This document shows positions 1-11,361 of a stretch of 32,000 nt of DNA, piece by piece. A program made the translations under genes and the position numbers. The notes under the pieces were generated by a model. That model worked only from the letters and a program-made list of their open reading frames with translations, did not search any database and was not told where the DNA came from. Each line of letters opens with the position of its first letter. Within the stretch, counting starts at the first letter, position 1. The stretch is taken from NCBI RefSeq assembly GCF_001457595.1, contig NZ_LN831039.1, positions 6,210,001 through 6,242,000 on the forward strand, in the 5' to 3' direction. This DNA comes from Mycolicibacterium smegmatis (GTDB lineage Bacteria; Actinomycetota; Actinomycetes; Mycobacteriales; Mycobacteriaceae).

Positions 1-1
1 G

Positions 2-1105
2 GTGAACGGCCGCAGGCCCGCACAGTTCCGCTGCTCCGGGGCGAAACTGCACATCACGCTGCCCTCGGCGCTGCCCGCTGGCTCCGCGATGACCATCGTC
101 GTCCGCTACAGCGGCAATCCGCGGCCCATCGACACCCTGTGGGGTGACGTCGGTTTCGAGGAACTCACCAACGGGGCGCTCGTCGCGGGCCAGCCCAACG
201 GCGCGGCGTCGTGGTTCCCGTGCGACGACCATCCCAGCGCCAAGGCCTCCTACCGTATCCAGATCAGCACCGACAGCCCGTACCACGCGATCGCCAACGG
301 GGAACTGTTGTCGCGCAAGGTGCGTGCGGGCCACACCGTGTGGACCTACGAACTCGCCGAGCCCACCTCGCCGTATCTGGTGACGCTGCAGATCGGCATG
401 TACGAATCGCACCGGATGACCAAGACCCCGGTACCGATGCACGCCGTGCTGCCGCCGCGCCTGCGATCGGCGTTCGACCACGACTTCGAGCGTCAACCGC
501 AGATGATGAAGCTTTTCGTCAAACTCTTCGGCCCGTATCCGCTGAGCACCGGCTACACCGTGGTGGTCACCGACGACGACCTCGAGATACCGCTTGAGGC
601 CCAGGGCATCTCGATCTTCGGCGCCAACCACTGTGACGGCAGCCGCGGGTCCGAGCGTCTCATCGCCCACGAGTTGGCCCACCAGTGGTTCGGCAACTCG
701 GTGACGGCGCGGCGCTGGCGCGACATCTGGCTGCACGAGGGATTCGCGTGCTACGCCGAGTGGTTGTGGTCGGAGAACAGCGGCGGGCGCAGCGCGGCCG
801 AGTGGGCACAGCACTACTACGACAAGTTGCGGCACTCCCCGCAGGACCTGCTGCTGGCCGATCCCGGCCCGCGCGACATGTTCGACGACCGCGTGTACAA
901 GCGCGGAGCCATGACCCTGCATGTGCTGCGCGAGCGGATCGGCGACAAGGACTTCTTTGCGCTACTGCAGGATTGGACCACACGCCACCGGCACAGCACG
1001 GCGTTCACCGACGATTTCACGGGCCTGGCCGCCGGTTACACCAGTGAATCGCTGCAGCCGCTGTGGCAGGCGTGGCTGTACTCGGAAGCGCTGCCGCCGC
1101 TGTGA
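2..1105 (+). CDS. M1-family zinc metallo-aminopeptidase; the N-terminus probably lies upstream of the window
   Basis: Gluzincin motif HELAH-x18-E (HELAHQWFGNSVTARRWRDIWLHEGFA). The frame is open from the window edge. Stop TGA at 1103-1105. Confidence 0.85.
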   Translation: MNGRRPAQFRCSGAKLHITLPSALPAGSAMTIVVRYSGNPRPIDTLWGDVGFEELTNGALVAGQPNGAASWFPCDDHPSAKASYRIQISTDSPYHAIANGELLSRKVRAGHTVWTYELAEPTSPYLVTLQIGMYESHRMTKTPVPMHAVLPPRLRSAFDHDFERQPQMMKLFVKLFGPYPLSTGYTVVVTDDDLEIPLEAQGISIFGANHCDGSRGSERLIAHELAHQWFGNSVTARRWRDIWLHEGFACYAEWLWSENSGGRSAAEWAQHYYDKLRHSPQDLLLADPGPRDMFDDRVYKRGAMTLHVLRERIGDKDFFALLQDWTTRHRHSTAFTDDFTGLAAGYTSESLQPLWQAWLYSEALPPL

Positions 1106-2382
1106 CCGACGGCGGTGCGCCTGCCCCATTCGATCCGGACGATCCGGCGCGTGGCGCGATCACCCGCAGCAGCATCGCCCGCGTCGGGTCGGCGACCGCC
1201 ATCACGGCACTGTGCGGCTACGCCGTGCTGTACCTCGCCGCGCGTGACCTCGAACCCGCGGGATTCTCGGTGTTCGCGGTGTTCTGGGGCGCCTTCGGAC
1301 TTGTCACCGGCGCGGCCAACGGCCTGCTGCAGGAGGCCACGCGTGAGGTCCGGTCGGTCCAGGTCGCGCCCCGGGTGTCCGGGGTTTCGGGGCCGCGCAC
1401 ACATCCGATGCGGGTGGCGGCCGCGGTCGGGGTGGTCGCGGCGCTGGTCATCGCGGGCACCTCGCCGCTGTGGAGCGGGCACGTGTTCGTGGAGTCGCGC
1501 GCCCTTTCCGTCGCCCTGCTCAGCGTCGGTCTGGCCGGGTTCTGCCTGCACGCGACATTGTTGGGCATGCTCGCCGGTATCGACCGCTGGACCGAATACG
1601 GCGCGTTGATGGTCACCGACGCGGGCATCCGTGTGGGGGTGGCCGCCGCGTCGTTCGTCTTAGGTTGGGGTCTGGGCGGTTATCTGTGGGCCACCGTCGC
1701 GGGGGCGGGCGCGTGGCTGATCCTGTTGCTCACCGCACCCGCCGCGCGTGTGGCCGCCCGCCAGGTCACCGCGGGCGGCACGTGGACGTTCGTCCGCGGG
1801 ACCGCACACTCGATCGCCGCGGCCGGGGCCAGCGCGATCCTGGTGATGGGATTCCCGGTGCTGCTCAAGGCCACGTCCGCCGATCTCGGTGCGGCAGGCG
1901 GTGTGGTGATCCTGGCCGTCACGCTCACGCGGGCCCCGCTGCTGGTGCCGCTCACCGCGATGCAGGGCAACCTGATCGCCCATTTCGTCGACCAGGCCCG
2001 GTTGCGCGCGCTGTTGATGCCCGCCGCCGTCGTCGCCGTGATCGGCGCGGCCGGGGTGGTGGCCGCAGGCCTCATCGGCCCGTGGCTGCTGAAGGTCGGT
2101 TTCGGCGACGAATACCGCGCCGACGGAACGCTCCTGGCGTGGCTGACCGCCGCGGCGGTCGCGATCGCGATGCTCACCCTGACAGGGGCGGCCGCGGTGG
2201 CCGCCGCGCTGCACCGCACCTATGCACTCGGCTGGATCATCGCCACGGTGGCCGCCGTGGGTCTGCTTCTGCTGCCACTGGAGCTCTCGACCCGCACCGT
2301 CGTCGCACTGTTGTGCGGCCCCCTGGTGGGAATCGCGGTTCATCTGGTGGGGCTGGCCAGGTTCTCCCGGGTCAACGGCTGA
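1102..2382 (+). CDS. Polytopic membrane protein, Wzx/MOP flippase-like (polysaccharide-export type); position matches Rv3630
   Basis: Long run of hydrophobic helices with high GC3. The GTG at 1102 forms a GTGA overlap with the aminopeptidase stop, suggesting translational coupling. The track start at 1063 would overlap the upstream gene by 43 nt. Confidence 0.6.
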   Translation: MTDGGAPAPFDPDDPARGAITRSSIARVGSATAITALCGYAVLYLAARDLEPAGFSVFAVFWGAFGLVTGAANGLLQEATREVRSVQVAPRVSGVSGPRTHPMRVAAAVGVVAALVIAGTSPLWSGHVFVESRALSVALLSVGLAGFCLHATLLGMLAGIDRWTEYGALMVTDAGIRVGVAAASFVLGWGLGGYLWATVAGAGAWLILLLTAPAARVAARQVTAGGTWTFVRGTAHSIAAAGASAILVMGFPVLLKATSADLGAAGGVVILAVTLTRAPLLVPLTAMQGNLIAHFVDQARLRALLMPAAVVAVIGAAGVVAAGLIGPWLLKVGFGDEYRADGTLLAWLTAAAVAIAMLTLTGAAAVAAALHRTYALGWIIATVAAVGLLLLPLELSTRTVVALLCGPLVGIAVHLVGLARFSRVNG

Positions 2383-2965
2383 ACAGCGACGACAACAACG
2401 CGATTCGGGAGTCTTCGAGGTCGGGCTGCGGCAGCACCGGACGGATGATCGCGGCACCGTCGAACGTGTTGACCAGCAGTGCCACCGCCGCCATCGCCTC
2501 ATGCCTGGACTCGTTCTGCGGGAACTGCTCGAAACCCGGGATGGTGCGCGCGGTCTCGTAGATGTTCGCGGCGTACTCGGTGAGCACCTCTTGCAGTGTG
2601 ACACGCAGCTTTTCGTCGGTGCGCGCGGCGATCAGCAACTCGTACATCACGGTGTTGGTGTCATTGCCCGTGACGTCGCGCAGGATGGTCAGCACGGCCT
2701 GAAGCGGTGGCTCTTCGGCCGGGATCTCGGCGATCCGTTTGGTGAACACCTCGAGTTGGCGGCGCATCACCTCGTGCGCCGTGGCCGCCATGAAATCGCC
2801 CATCGTGGGGAAATGGCGGAACAGTGCGCCGTCGGAGACCTGCGCGCGCCGCGCGATGACCGCCGCCGACGCCCTGGCGTAGCCGACGTCGATGATGGTC
2901 TGAATGCTCGCGTCGAGCAGACGTGCGACGGTCTCCTCACGGCGCTGCTGTTGGGTTCTGGCCAT
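2372..2965 (-). CDS. TetR-family transcriptional regulator
   Basis: N-terminal HTH region RREETVARLLDASIQTIIDVGYARASAAVIARRAQVSDGALFRHFPT. Its ATG lies 1 nt after the amidohydrolase stop, so the two genes form an operon. Confidence 0.9.
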   Translation of the reverse strand: MARTQQQRREETVARLLDASIQTIIDVGYARASAAVIARRAQVSDGALFRHFPTMGDFMAATAHEVMRRQLEVFTKRIAEIPAEEPPLQAVLTILRDVTGNDTNTVMYELLIAARTDEKLRVTLQEVLTEYAANIYETARTIPGFEQFPQNESRHEAMAAVALLVNTFDGAAIIRPVLPQPDLEDSRIALLSSLFSR

Positions 2966-2966
2966 G

Positions 2967-4748
2967 TCAGACAGCGGTTTTCAGGCGGCTGTCGGCGCCT
3001 GCGCGCAGGTAGCGTCCCGATTTCACGGTGTCGCCGTAGCCGTCACGGAACTCGCCTTTGCCGAACACCACGGTGCCGTTGACGGCCGTCGCCACCACGG
3101 CGTCGTCGTTGCGGTTCACCATGCGGCTCAGCCCGCCGTAGAACGGCACGGTCTCCTCGTGGTACGCGTCGACGTCGGAGTTCAGGCAGTTCGGGTCGAT
3201 CACCACGAAGTCGGCACGGTCGCCCTCGCGCAGCGTGCCCGCGTCGACCCCGAACCAGTCGGCCACCTCGGCGGTGAGCCGGTACACGGCGCGCTCGGTG
3301 GTCAGGAACGGGCGTCCGCTCAGTTGCGCGTCGCGGACCCGCTTCAGCAGGCGCAGCGGGTAGTTGTAGAACGCCATGTTGCGAAGGTGCGCACCGGCAT
3401 CCGAGAAACCCATGTGCACCGCGGGGTCGTTGGCCAACTGGTCGAGCACCTTGGGCCGGTGGTTCGCGACGATCGTCGTCCACCGCACATTCTTCTCACC
3501 GTTGTCGACCAGCACGTCGAGGAACGCGTCGAGCGGATGGATGCCACGCTCGTCGGCGATCCGGCCGAAGGTCTTGCCGATGAGGCTCTCATCCGGGCAT
3601 TCGACGATGGTGGCGTCGTGGAAGTCGCGGTGCCACAACGTCGGTCCCAGCTTGCGGCGGTCGAACGACCGGCGGAACCGGCGGCGGTACTCCGGGTCGG
3701 CGAGCAGCTTGTTGCGCTCGAGTTGGTCGCGCAGGTGCAGCGCGGCGGTGCCCGCACCGAACTCCTCGAACACCGGCAGATCGATACCGTCGGAATACAA
3801 TTCGAACGGCACCGGCAGATGCTGGAACCGCACCTTGGCGTCGAGTGTCTTGTTCAGCAGCCGGGTGCCCATCCCGATCACGCGTGCGGCGCCGGGTGAG
3901 GATTTCGCGTCGGCCGACACCAGCAGGCTCATCCGCACGCCGCGGCGGCGCCCGAACAGGCTGCTGCTCTCCAGGAAGAAGTTCAGTGCCTCCTGCGCTT
4001 TCGCCACGTTCGGCGCGCTCTGCAGGATGCGGCCGCGCTTGCGTAGCACCTTGATGAGGCGGCGACGTTCGCGCCACGTCGCGAACGTGGAAGGCAGTGC
4101 GCGCGAACGGAATCGATCACCGTCGAGCTTGTCGATCGCGGCGTCCATACCCGACATGCCGAGCATCCCGGCGTCGAGGGCCGCGTCGAGTCTGTCGGCC
4201 ATCGTCTCGAGTTCGTCGTCGGTGGGGACCACGCCGCGTGTCGTGGCGCGGTCGAGACCCAGCACCGAGGCGCGCAGGTCCGAATGCCCCAGCAGCGACG
4301 CGATATTGGGGCCGAGTGGGAGAGCGTCGATCGCGGCGACGTACTCGGCCGGGTTCGACCAGGTCTTGCGGGATTCCAGTGCGCCGAGCACGAATTGGCG
4401 CGGTACGGCCTCCACGCGACTGAACAGGTCGGCCGCGTCCTCGGCGTCGGAGTACACCGTCGACAGCGAGCACATGCCCAACAGCACTGTCGTGACGCCG
4501 TGGCGTACCGATTCACGCAGACCCGGATCGAGCAGGACCTCGGCGTCGTAGTGGGTGTGCACGTCGATGAAGCCCGGCACCACCCACTTGCCGCCTGCGT
4601 CGATGACCTCGGGGCACCCTGTCTCGTCGAGGGGCTTTGCCGACACCGTGGCCACCACGCCGTCGCGGATGCCCAGCGTACGGACCTGCGGTGGCCTGCC
4701 CGTCCCGTCGAACCACAGGCCGTTGCGGACGATGACGTCGTATGACAT
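2967..4748 (-). CDS. Metal-dependent amidohydrolase, N-acyl-D-amino-acid deacylase (D-aminoacylase)-like
   Basis: N-terminal VVPGFIDVHTHYD (HxH metal-binding motif). ATG at 4748 (MSYDVIVRNG...) is preceded by GGAGG about 6 nt upstream. The track start at 4778 has no RBS. Confidence 0.8.
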   Translation of the reverse strand: MSYDVIVRNGLWFDGTGRPPQVRTLGIRDGVVATVSAKPLDETGCPEVIDAGGKWVVPGFIDVHTHYDAEVLLDPGLRESVRHGVTTVLLGMCSLSTVYSDAEDAADLFSRVEAVPRQFVLGALESRKTWSNPAEYVAAIDALPLGPNIASLLGHSDLRASVLGLDRATTRGVVPTDDELETMADRLDAALDAGMLGMSGMDAAIDKLDGDRFRSRALPSTFATWRERRRLIKVLRKRGRILQSAPNVAKAQEALNFFLESSSLFGRRRGVRMSLLVSADAKSSPGAARVIGMGTRLLNKTLDAKVRFQHLPVPFELYSDGIDLPVFEEFGAGTAALHLRDQLERNKLLADPEYRRRFRRSFDRRKLGPTLWHRDFHDATIVECPDESLIGKTFGRIADERGIHPLDAFLDVLVDNGEKNVRWTTIVANHRPKVLDQLANDPAVHMGFSDAGAHLRNMAFYNYPLRLLKRVRDAQLSGRPFLTTERAVYRLTAEVADWFGVDAGTLREGDRADFVVIDPNCLNSDVDAYHEETVPFYGGLSRMVNRNDDAVVATAVNGTVVFGKGEFRDGYGDTVKSGRYLRAGADSRLKTAV

Positions 4749-4783
4749 GGCGGACCTCCATTGGTCGGATGCCGCCACGCTAT

Positions 4784-7571
<2,788 letters not shown>

Positions 7572-7572
7572 G

Positions 7573-9042
7573 TCAGGCGGCGTCCTTTTCGGCTGTCTTG
7601 TCGGTGGTGTCGGACGTGTCGTCGTTGTCGTTGTCGGGCTTGGTAGCGGGCTTCGCCTTCGTCGAAGGTTCCGCCTTCGGCACTGTCACCCGTGTCTTCT
7701 TCGGCTTGAACACGTTGAACTGAGGCCGCTTGACCTTCCGCACGTTCGGCTTTGTCTTCTCGACCTTTTCGGCCTTCTCCGCTTCCTCGGTCTTATCCGC
7801 TGTGGCGACCGTCTTGTCGGTGTCGTCCTGCTTGACGGCCTGGTCGGTCTTCTCAACGCTGGTCGATTCCTTGACCGGTGTGGCCTTGTCCGCTTCGTCC
7901 GCGACCTTGGTGACCTCGTCGTCTTTGGTGGCCTCTTCTTTCACAGGCTCTTCTTGCTCAGCCAGCTCGTCGACGTCTTCGGTGACCTCGGCGACTTCCG
8001 CGGTCTCGGCCGTCCTGTCCGCAGCGGTGTTGGCAACCGTTCGCCGCTGCGTCGTGCTTTGCACAGCTGTCTCGTCGATATCGCCGTCGGTGGAGGGAGT
8101 TTCGTCGATCTCTGTGACCGCGGTCTGTGTGATCTCAGACTCGTCCTCTACGACCGTCTCCTCGGTGGTCGTCACCGTCACCCGTCCGGGATCGTTGCGC
8201 TTGTAGGCGGCATCGATGATCTTCCGCAGCGGTGCCTCGAGAGCAGCGACGAACGACTCGGGGAACCCGAGATCCCGCAGCGGCTGCAGCAGTGGCAGTT
8301 TCTCGGTGGGGATCAGATAGGTCGTCGTCTTGCCACCGGCTTTGTTCACGGTTTCGACGATGTTCTTCTCCGGCACCGTGGACAGGTCCCAACCGTCGAC
8401 CTTGTCCTCGTAGCGGCCGTGCACGTAGATGATGCCGAGCAGCGCGTTGGCGGTGGCGATGAGATTCCATGGGCGGTCCGGGAAATCGGCCCAGCCGTCG
8501 TACTCGCCGTTGATGATCGTGGTCTCGTACGGGGTGTCCGGTGGCCGCACCGGGGTCAGGCCGATGATCGGGATACGGAACGGGATCCACCGCAGGATGC
8601 CGTTCGGGCCGGTCGGGTCGCCGATCGTGACGAACTTCAACTGGTCGACGGTCGGGCGCTCGTATTCGTCGAGCTTCATCAGCCGCTTCTTCTCGTACGC
8701 GATGACGATCGCGCCCTGGCTGAAGCCGGCGACGATGATCTTCTCGGTGATCGGGTTGCCCTCGTCGTCGACTCCCACGAACCTGTCCACACCCGCTGCC
8801 ACGGCACCCGCGGCCTCCCAGATGCCCCGGTGCATGCCGAACACCGATGCCGGGTACTTGATGTGCTCGACGTCGTAGCCGGCAAACTCTCCCGGAACCA
8901 GCTGTTCCGGGTAGGGCGGATCGTGAAGAATGCGCGTGCCGCTGATCGTGAATGCGGTCGCGCCCAGCGCTGGATCGGTGGTCACAAGGGCTGCGGTGAC
9001 CACGGCGGCGACCGCCGCAATCACGCCATTGCGCAATGTCAT
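7573..9042 (-). CDS. Secreted PE-PPE-domain serine hydrolase (lipase/cutinase-like) with a long acidic/Lys-rich disordered C-terminal tail
   Basis: Signal-peptide-like N-terminus MTLRNGVIAAVAAVVTAALVTTDPALGA. GxSxG nucleophile elbow in VAGFSQGAIV. The C-terminal roughly 190 aa are dominated by E/D/T/K. Confidence 0.8.
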   Translation of the reverse strand: MTLRNGVIAAVAAVVTAALVTTDPALGATAFTISGTRILHDPPYPEQLVPGEFAGYDVEHIKYPASVFGMHRGIWEAAGAVAAGVDRFVGVDDEGNPITEKIIVAGFSQGAIVIAYEKKRLMKLDEYERPTVDQLKFVTIGDPTGPNGILRWIPFRIPIIGLTPVRPPDTPYETTIINGEYDGWADFPDRPWNLIATANALLGIIYVHGRYEDKVDGWDLSTVPEKNIVETVNKAGGKTTTYLIPTEKLPLLQPLRDLGFPESFVAALEAPLRKIIDAAYKRNDPGRVTVTTTEETVVEDESEITQTAVTEIDETPSTDGDIDETAVQSTTQRRTVANTAADRTAETAEVAEVTEDVDELAEQEEPVKEEATKDDEVTKVADEADKATPVKESTSVEKTDQAVKQDDTDKTVATADKTEEAEKAEKVEKTKPNVRKVKRPQFNVFKPKKTRVTVPKAEPSTKAKPATKPDNDNDDTSDTTDKTAEKDAA

Positions 9043-9057
9043 GATGGGAAGTTATCC

Positions 9058-9083
9058 GGCTCTTCGCAGTTGAGGGTGTAGAG
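9058..9083. repeat. IS1096 left terminal inverted repeat
   Basis: GGCTCTTCGCAGTTGAGGGTGTAGAG. The reverse complement of 11289-11314 is GGCTCTTCGCACTTGACGGTGTAGAG. Confidence 0.9.
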
Positions 9084-9167
9084 GTCGTCGGCGCGTCGGT
9101 GCCGGGATAGGGGTCGAGGTCTTCCGATGATGGAGGTTCCTACGCCATCCATCTGAAAGACCTCGAC

Positions 9168-10490
9168 GTGCCTGACGCTACCGGTCGGGCGGGCTTCGCC
9201 TGCGCTGACCTGACGACTTTCTGCCGCCTCGACGAGCTCGGGTTGGAGGTGACCGGCCAACGCCTCGACCCTGATCGGGCCGTGCTGGCGTGCCGGGTCG
9301 CCGATGAGGATCGGTGGTGCCGCCGCTGCGGCGAAGAAGGCGTTGTACGTGACAGCGTGACTCGCACGTTGGCTCATGAACCGTTCGGGTGGCGACCCAC
9401 GGCTTTGCTGGTCACGATCCGCCGTTACCGTTGCGCCGGCTGCGCTCATGTGTGGCGCCAGGATGCCAGCGCCGCAGCCGAACCGCGGGCCAGGCTGTCC
9501 CGGCGTGCTCTGCGGTGGGCGCTGGAAGCCCTTGTCTGCCAACACCTGTCGGTGGCCCGGGTCGCCGAGGCGCTTGCGGTGTCGTGGAACACTGCCAACA
9601 ACGCCGTGCTCGCCGAAGGTCAGCGGGTGCTCATCGCCGATCCGGCCCGGTTCGATGGCGTCGCGGTGATCGGCGTCGATGAGCACGTGTGGCGGCACAC
9701 TCGCCGCGGCGACAAGTACGTCACCGTCATCATCGATCTCACGCCCGTGCGTGACGGGACCGGCCCCGCACGGCTGCTCGACATGGTGGAGGGCCGCTCC
9801 AAGAAGGCGTTCGCCGACTGGCTGGCACAGCGGCCACAGGAGTGGCGTGATCGTGTGGACGTTGTTGCCATGGACGGGTTCTCCGGGTTCAAGACCGCCG
9901 CCACCGAAGAACTGCCTGACGCGGCCACGGTGATGGACCCCTTCCACGTGGTCCGCCTGGCCGGCAACGCCCTCGACGAGTGCCGACGCCGCGTGCAGCT
10001 GGCCACCTGCGGGCACCGCGGCCGCAGCACCGACCCGCTCTACCGATCGCGACGCACCCTGCACACCGGGGCCGACCTGCTCACCGACCGCCAGAAAGCC
10101 CGACTGGCCGCACTGTTCGCCGCCAACGCGCACGCCGAGATCGAGGCCACCTGGGCGATGTATCAACGCACCGTGGCCGCCTACCGCGAACCAGACCGCA
10201 CCAAGGGCCGCACCATGATGGCTGCACTGATCACCACGCTGAGCACAGGCGTCCCCACGTCGCTGACCGAGCTGATCACCCTCGGGCGGACACTGAAGAA
10301 GCGTGCCGCCGACGTCCTGGCCTACTTCGACCGCCCCGGCACCTCCAACGGGCCGACCGAAGCGATCAACGGCCGCCTCGAACACCTGCGCGGATCCGCC
10401 CTGGGCTTCCGCAACCTCACCAACTACATCGCCCGGTCCCTGCTCGAGACCGGAGGCTTCCGAACCCAGCTCCGTCAACCTCGGCGGTGA
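9168..10490 (+). CDS. tnpA: ISL3-family transposase (IS1096 TnpA)
   Basis: N-terminal Cys pairs (CRRCG ... CAGCAHVW, a zf-ISL3-like arrangement). The DDE region contains IGVDEHVW, VAMDGFSGF and PFHVVRLA, and the C-terminus contains TSNGPTEAINGRLE. Confidence 0.9.
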   Translation: MPDATGRAGFACADLTTFCRLDELGLEVTGQRLDPDRAVLACRVADEDRWCRRCGEEGVVRDSVTRTLAHEPFGWRPTALLVTIRRYRCAGCAHVWRQDASAAAEPRARLSRRALRWALEALVCQHLSVARVAEALAVSWNTANNAVLAEGQRVLIADPARFDGVAVIGVDEHVWRHTRRGDKYVTVIIDLTPVRDGTGPARLLDMVEGRSKKAFADWLAQRPQEWRDRVDVVAMDGFSGFKTAATEELPDAATVMDPFHVVRLAGNALDECRRRVQLATCGHRGRSTDPLYRSRRTLHTGADLLTDRQKARLAALFAANAHAEIEATWAMYQRTVAAYREPDRTKGRTMMAALITTLSTGVPTSLTELITLGRTLKKRAADVLAYFDRPGTSNGPTEAINGRLEHLRGSALGFRNLTNYIARSLLETGGFRTQLRQPRR

Positions 10491-10497
10491 AGAATCC

Positions 10498-11250
10498 TCA
10501 ACGCGTGTTCAACGCGGCCAGAGCGTCATTGGTCTCGGCCACCGAGAAACGGTCGGGGTGCCAGCCCCGGGGCAGCCAGTCCCTCATCTCCTGCGCACCG
10601 AGTCCCATCGGCGTTTCCCGCGGGTCGTACCCGCCGCGAACCCACGCAGCCAACTCCTCATAGCCGCCCAGGCCACCACAGTCCTCCGGCGGACAGGCCA
10701 TCTTTCCCGTCAGACACACCGCAGCCGGGGGCGGATCATCGAAAACGTCTTCGACCACGAGCACGTGGTCCCATCCGTCGCCGAAGTCGTAATCGTAGAA
10801 CAACCGCTCGCCCTTATCGGACACCACCTGATCGAGGCGCACGCTGTCCTCGACGACACCGTCGTCGCCTTCGCTGAGATCAAACCCGGTGACGAAGTAG
10901 GCACGGGTCCGCCGGTCCGCCCCGACACCGAACTTATGCAGATGACTGTCCTGCCAGCCCATAACGACCTGCAGCACAACATGGAGCTCATCGAGCATGA
11001 GGTCGCCCGGCAGGTCCAGCCGACGCCAGATCGGCGGCTTGGCGTACATCAGGTCGACGCGCACCCGGAAGCCCCGCGCACGATCCGGCACCGCCCGCAC
11101 CTCGGGCGTCGGCTCATCGAACATTCCCGCGAACACGTTCCGACCAGCGTCGGCCATTAGCTTCTGCAGCAACGCCAGGTCCACACTGCCCCCGGACACT
11201 CCGCTCTTCCTCTTGCTCTTCCGCTTCTTCTCCGGCACACCCCAAGCCAA
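10498..11250 (-). CDS. tnpR: IS1096 passenger protein TnpR (pRiA4b ORF-3-like family; not a true resolvase)
   Basis: Motifs PPIWRRLDLPGDLMLDELHVVLQVVMGWQDSHLHKF and YDYDFGDGWDH are typical of the PRiA4_ORF3 family. The ORF lies inside the IS, convergent with tnpA. Confidence 0.8.
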   Translation of the reverse strand: MAWGVPEKKRKSKRKSGVSGGSVDLALLQKLMADAGRNVFAGMFDEPTPEVRAVPDRARGFRVRVDLMYAKPPIWRRLDLPGDLMLDELHVVLQVVMGWQDSHLHKFGVGADRRTRAYFVTGFDLSEGDDGVVEDSVRLDQVVSDKGERLFYDYDFGDGWDHVLVVEDVFDDPPPAAVCLTGKMACPPEDCGGLGGYEELAAWVRGGYDPRETPMGLGAQEMRDWLPRGWHPDRFSVAETNDALAALNTR

Positions 11251-11288
11251 CCAGACCCCTCGATCACAGCGCGAAAGCAGCTGATCGT

Positions 11289-11314
11289 CTCTACACCGTC
11301 AAGTGCGAAGAGCC
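11289..11314. repeat. IS1096 right terminal inverted repeat
   Basis: CTCTACACCGTCAAGTGCGAAGAGCC, the reverse complement of the left IR with 2 mismatches. Confidence 0.9.
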
Positions 11315-11361
11315 AGATACCTCTGGAAAAGAATGTTCCCGGCCCCTTCGCAGACCTAGGA

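Larger units (their letters stand above)
9058..11314 (+). mobile_element. IS1096-like insertion sequence (ISL3 family), apparently complete
   Basis: Terminal inverted repeats begin GGCTCTTCGCA and match at 24 of 26 positions. They enclose an ISL3 transposase and a convergent passenger ORF. The ends may extend about 8 bp further out, where 6 of 8 more positions are symmetric. Confidence 0.9.

Noticed and set aside
9039-10478. 479-aa ORF on the minus strand
   Set aside because: It is fully antisense to the ISL3 transposase, which has clear family motifs. Its product is Gly/Ala/Arg/Pro-rich with no motifs, a typical high-GC shadow ORF.
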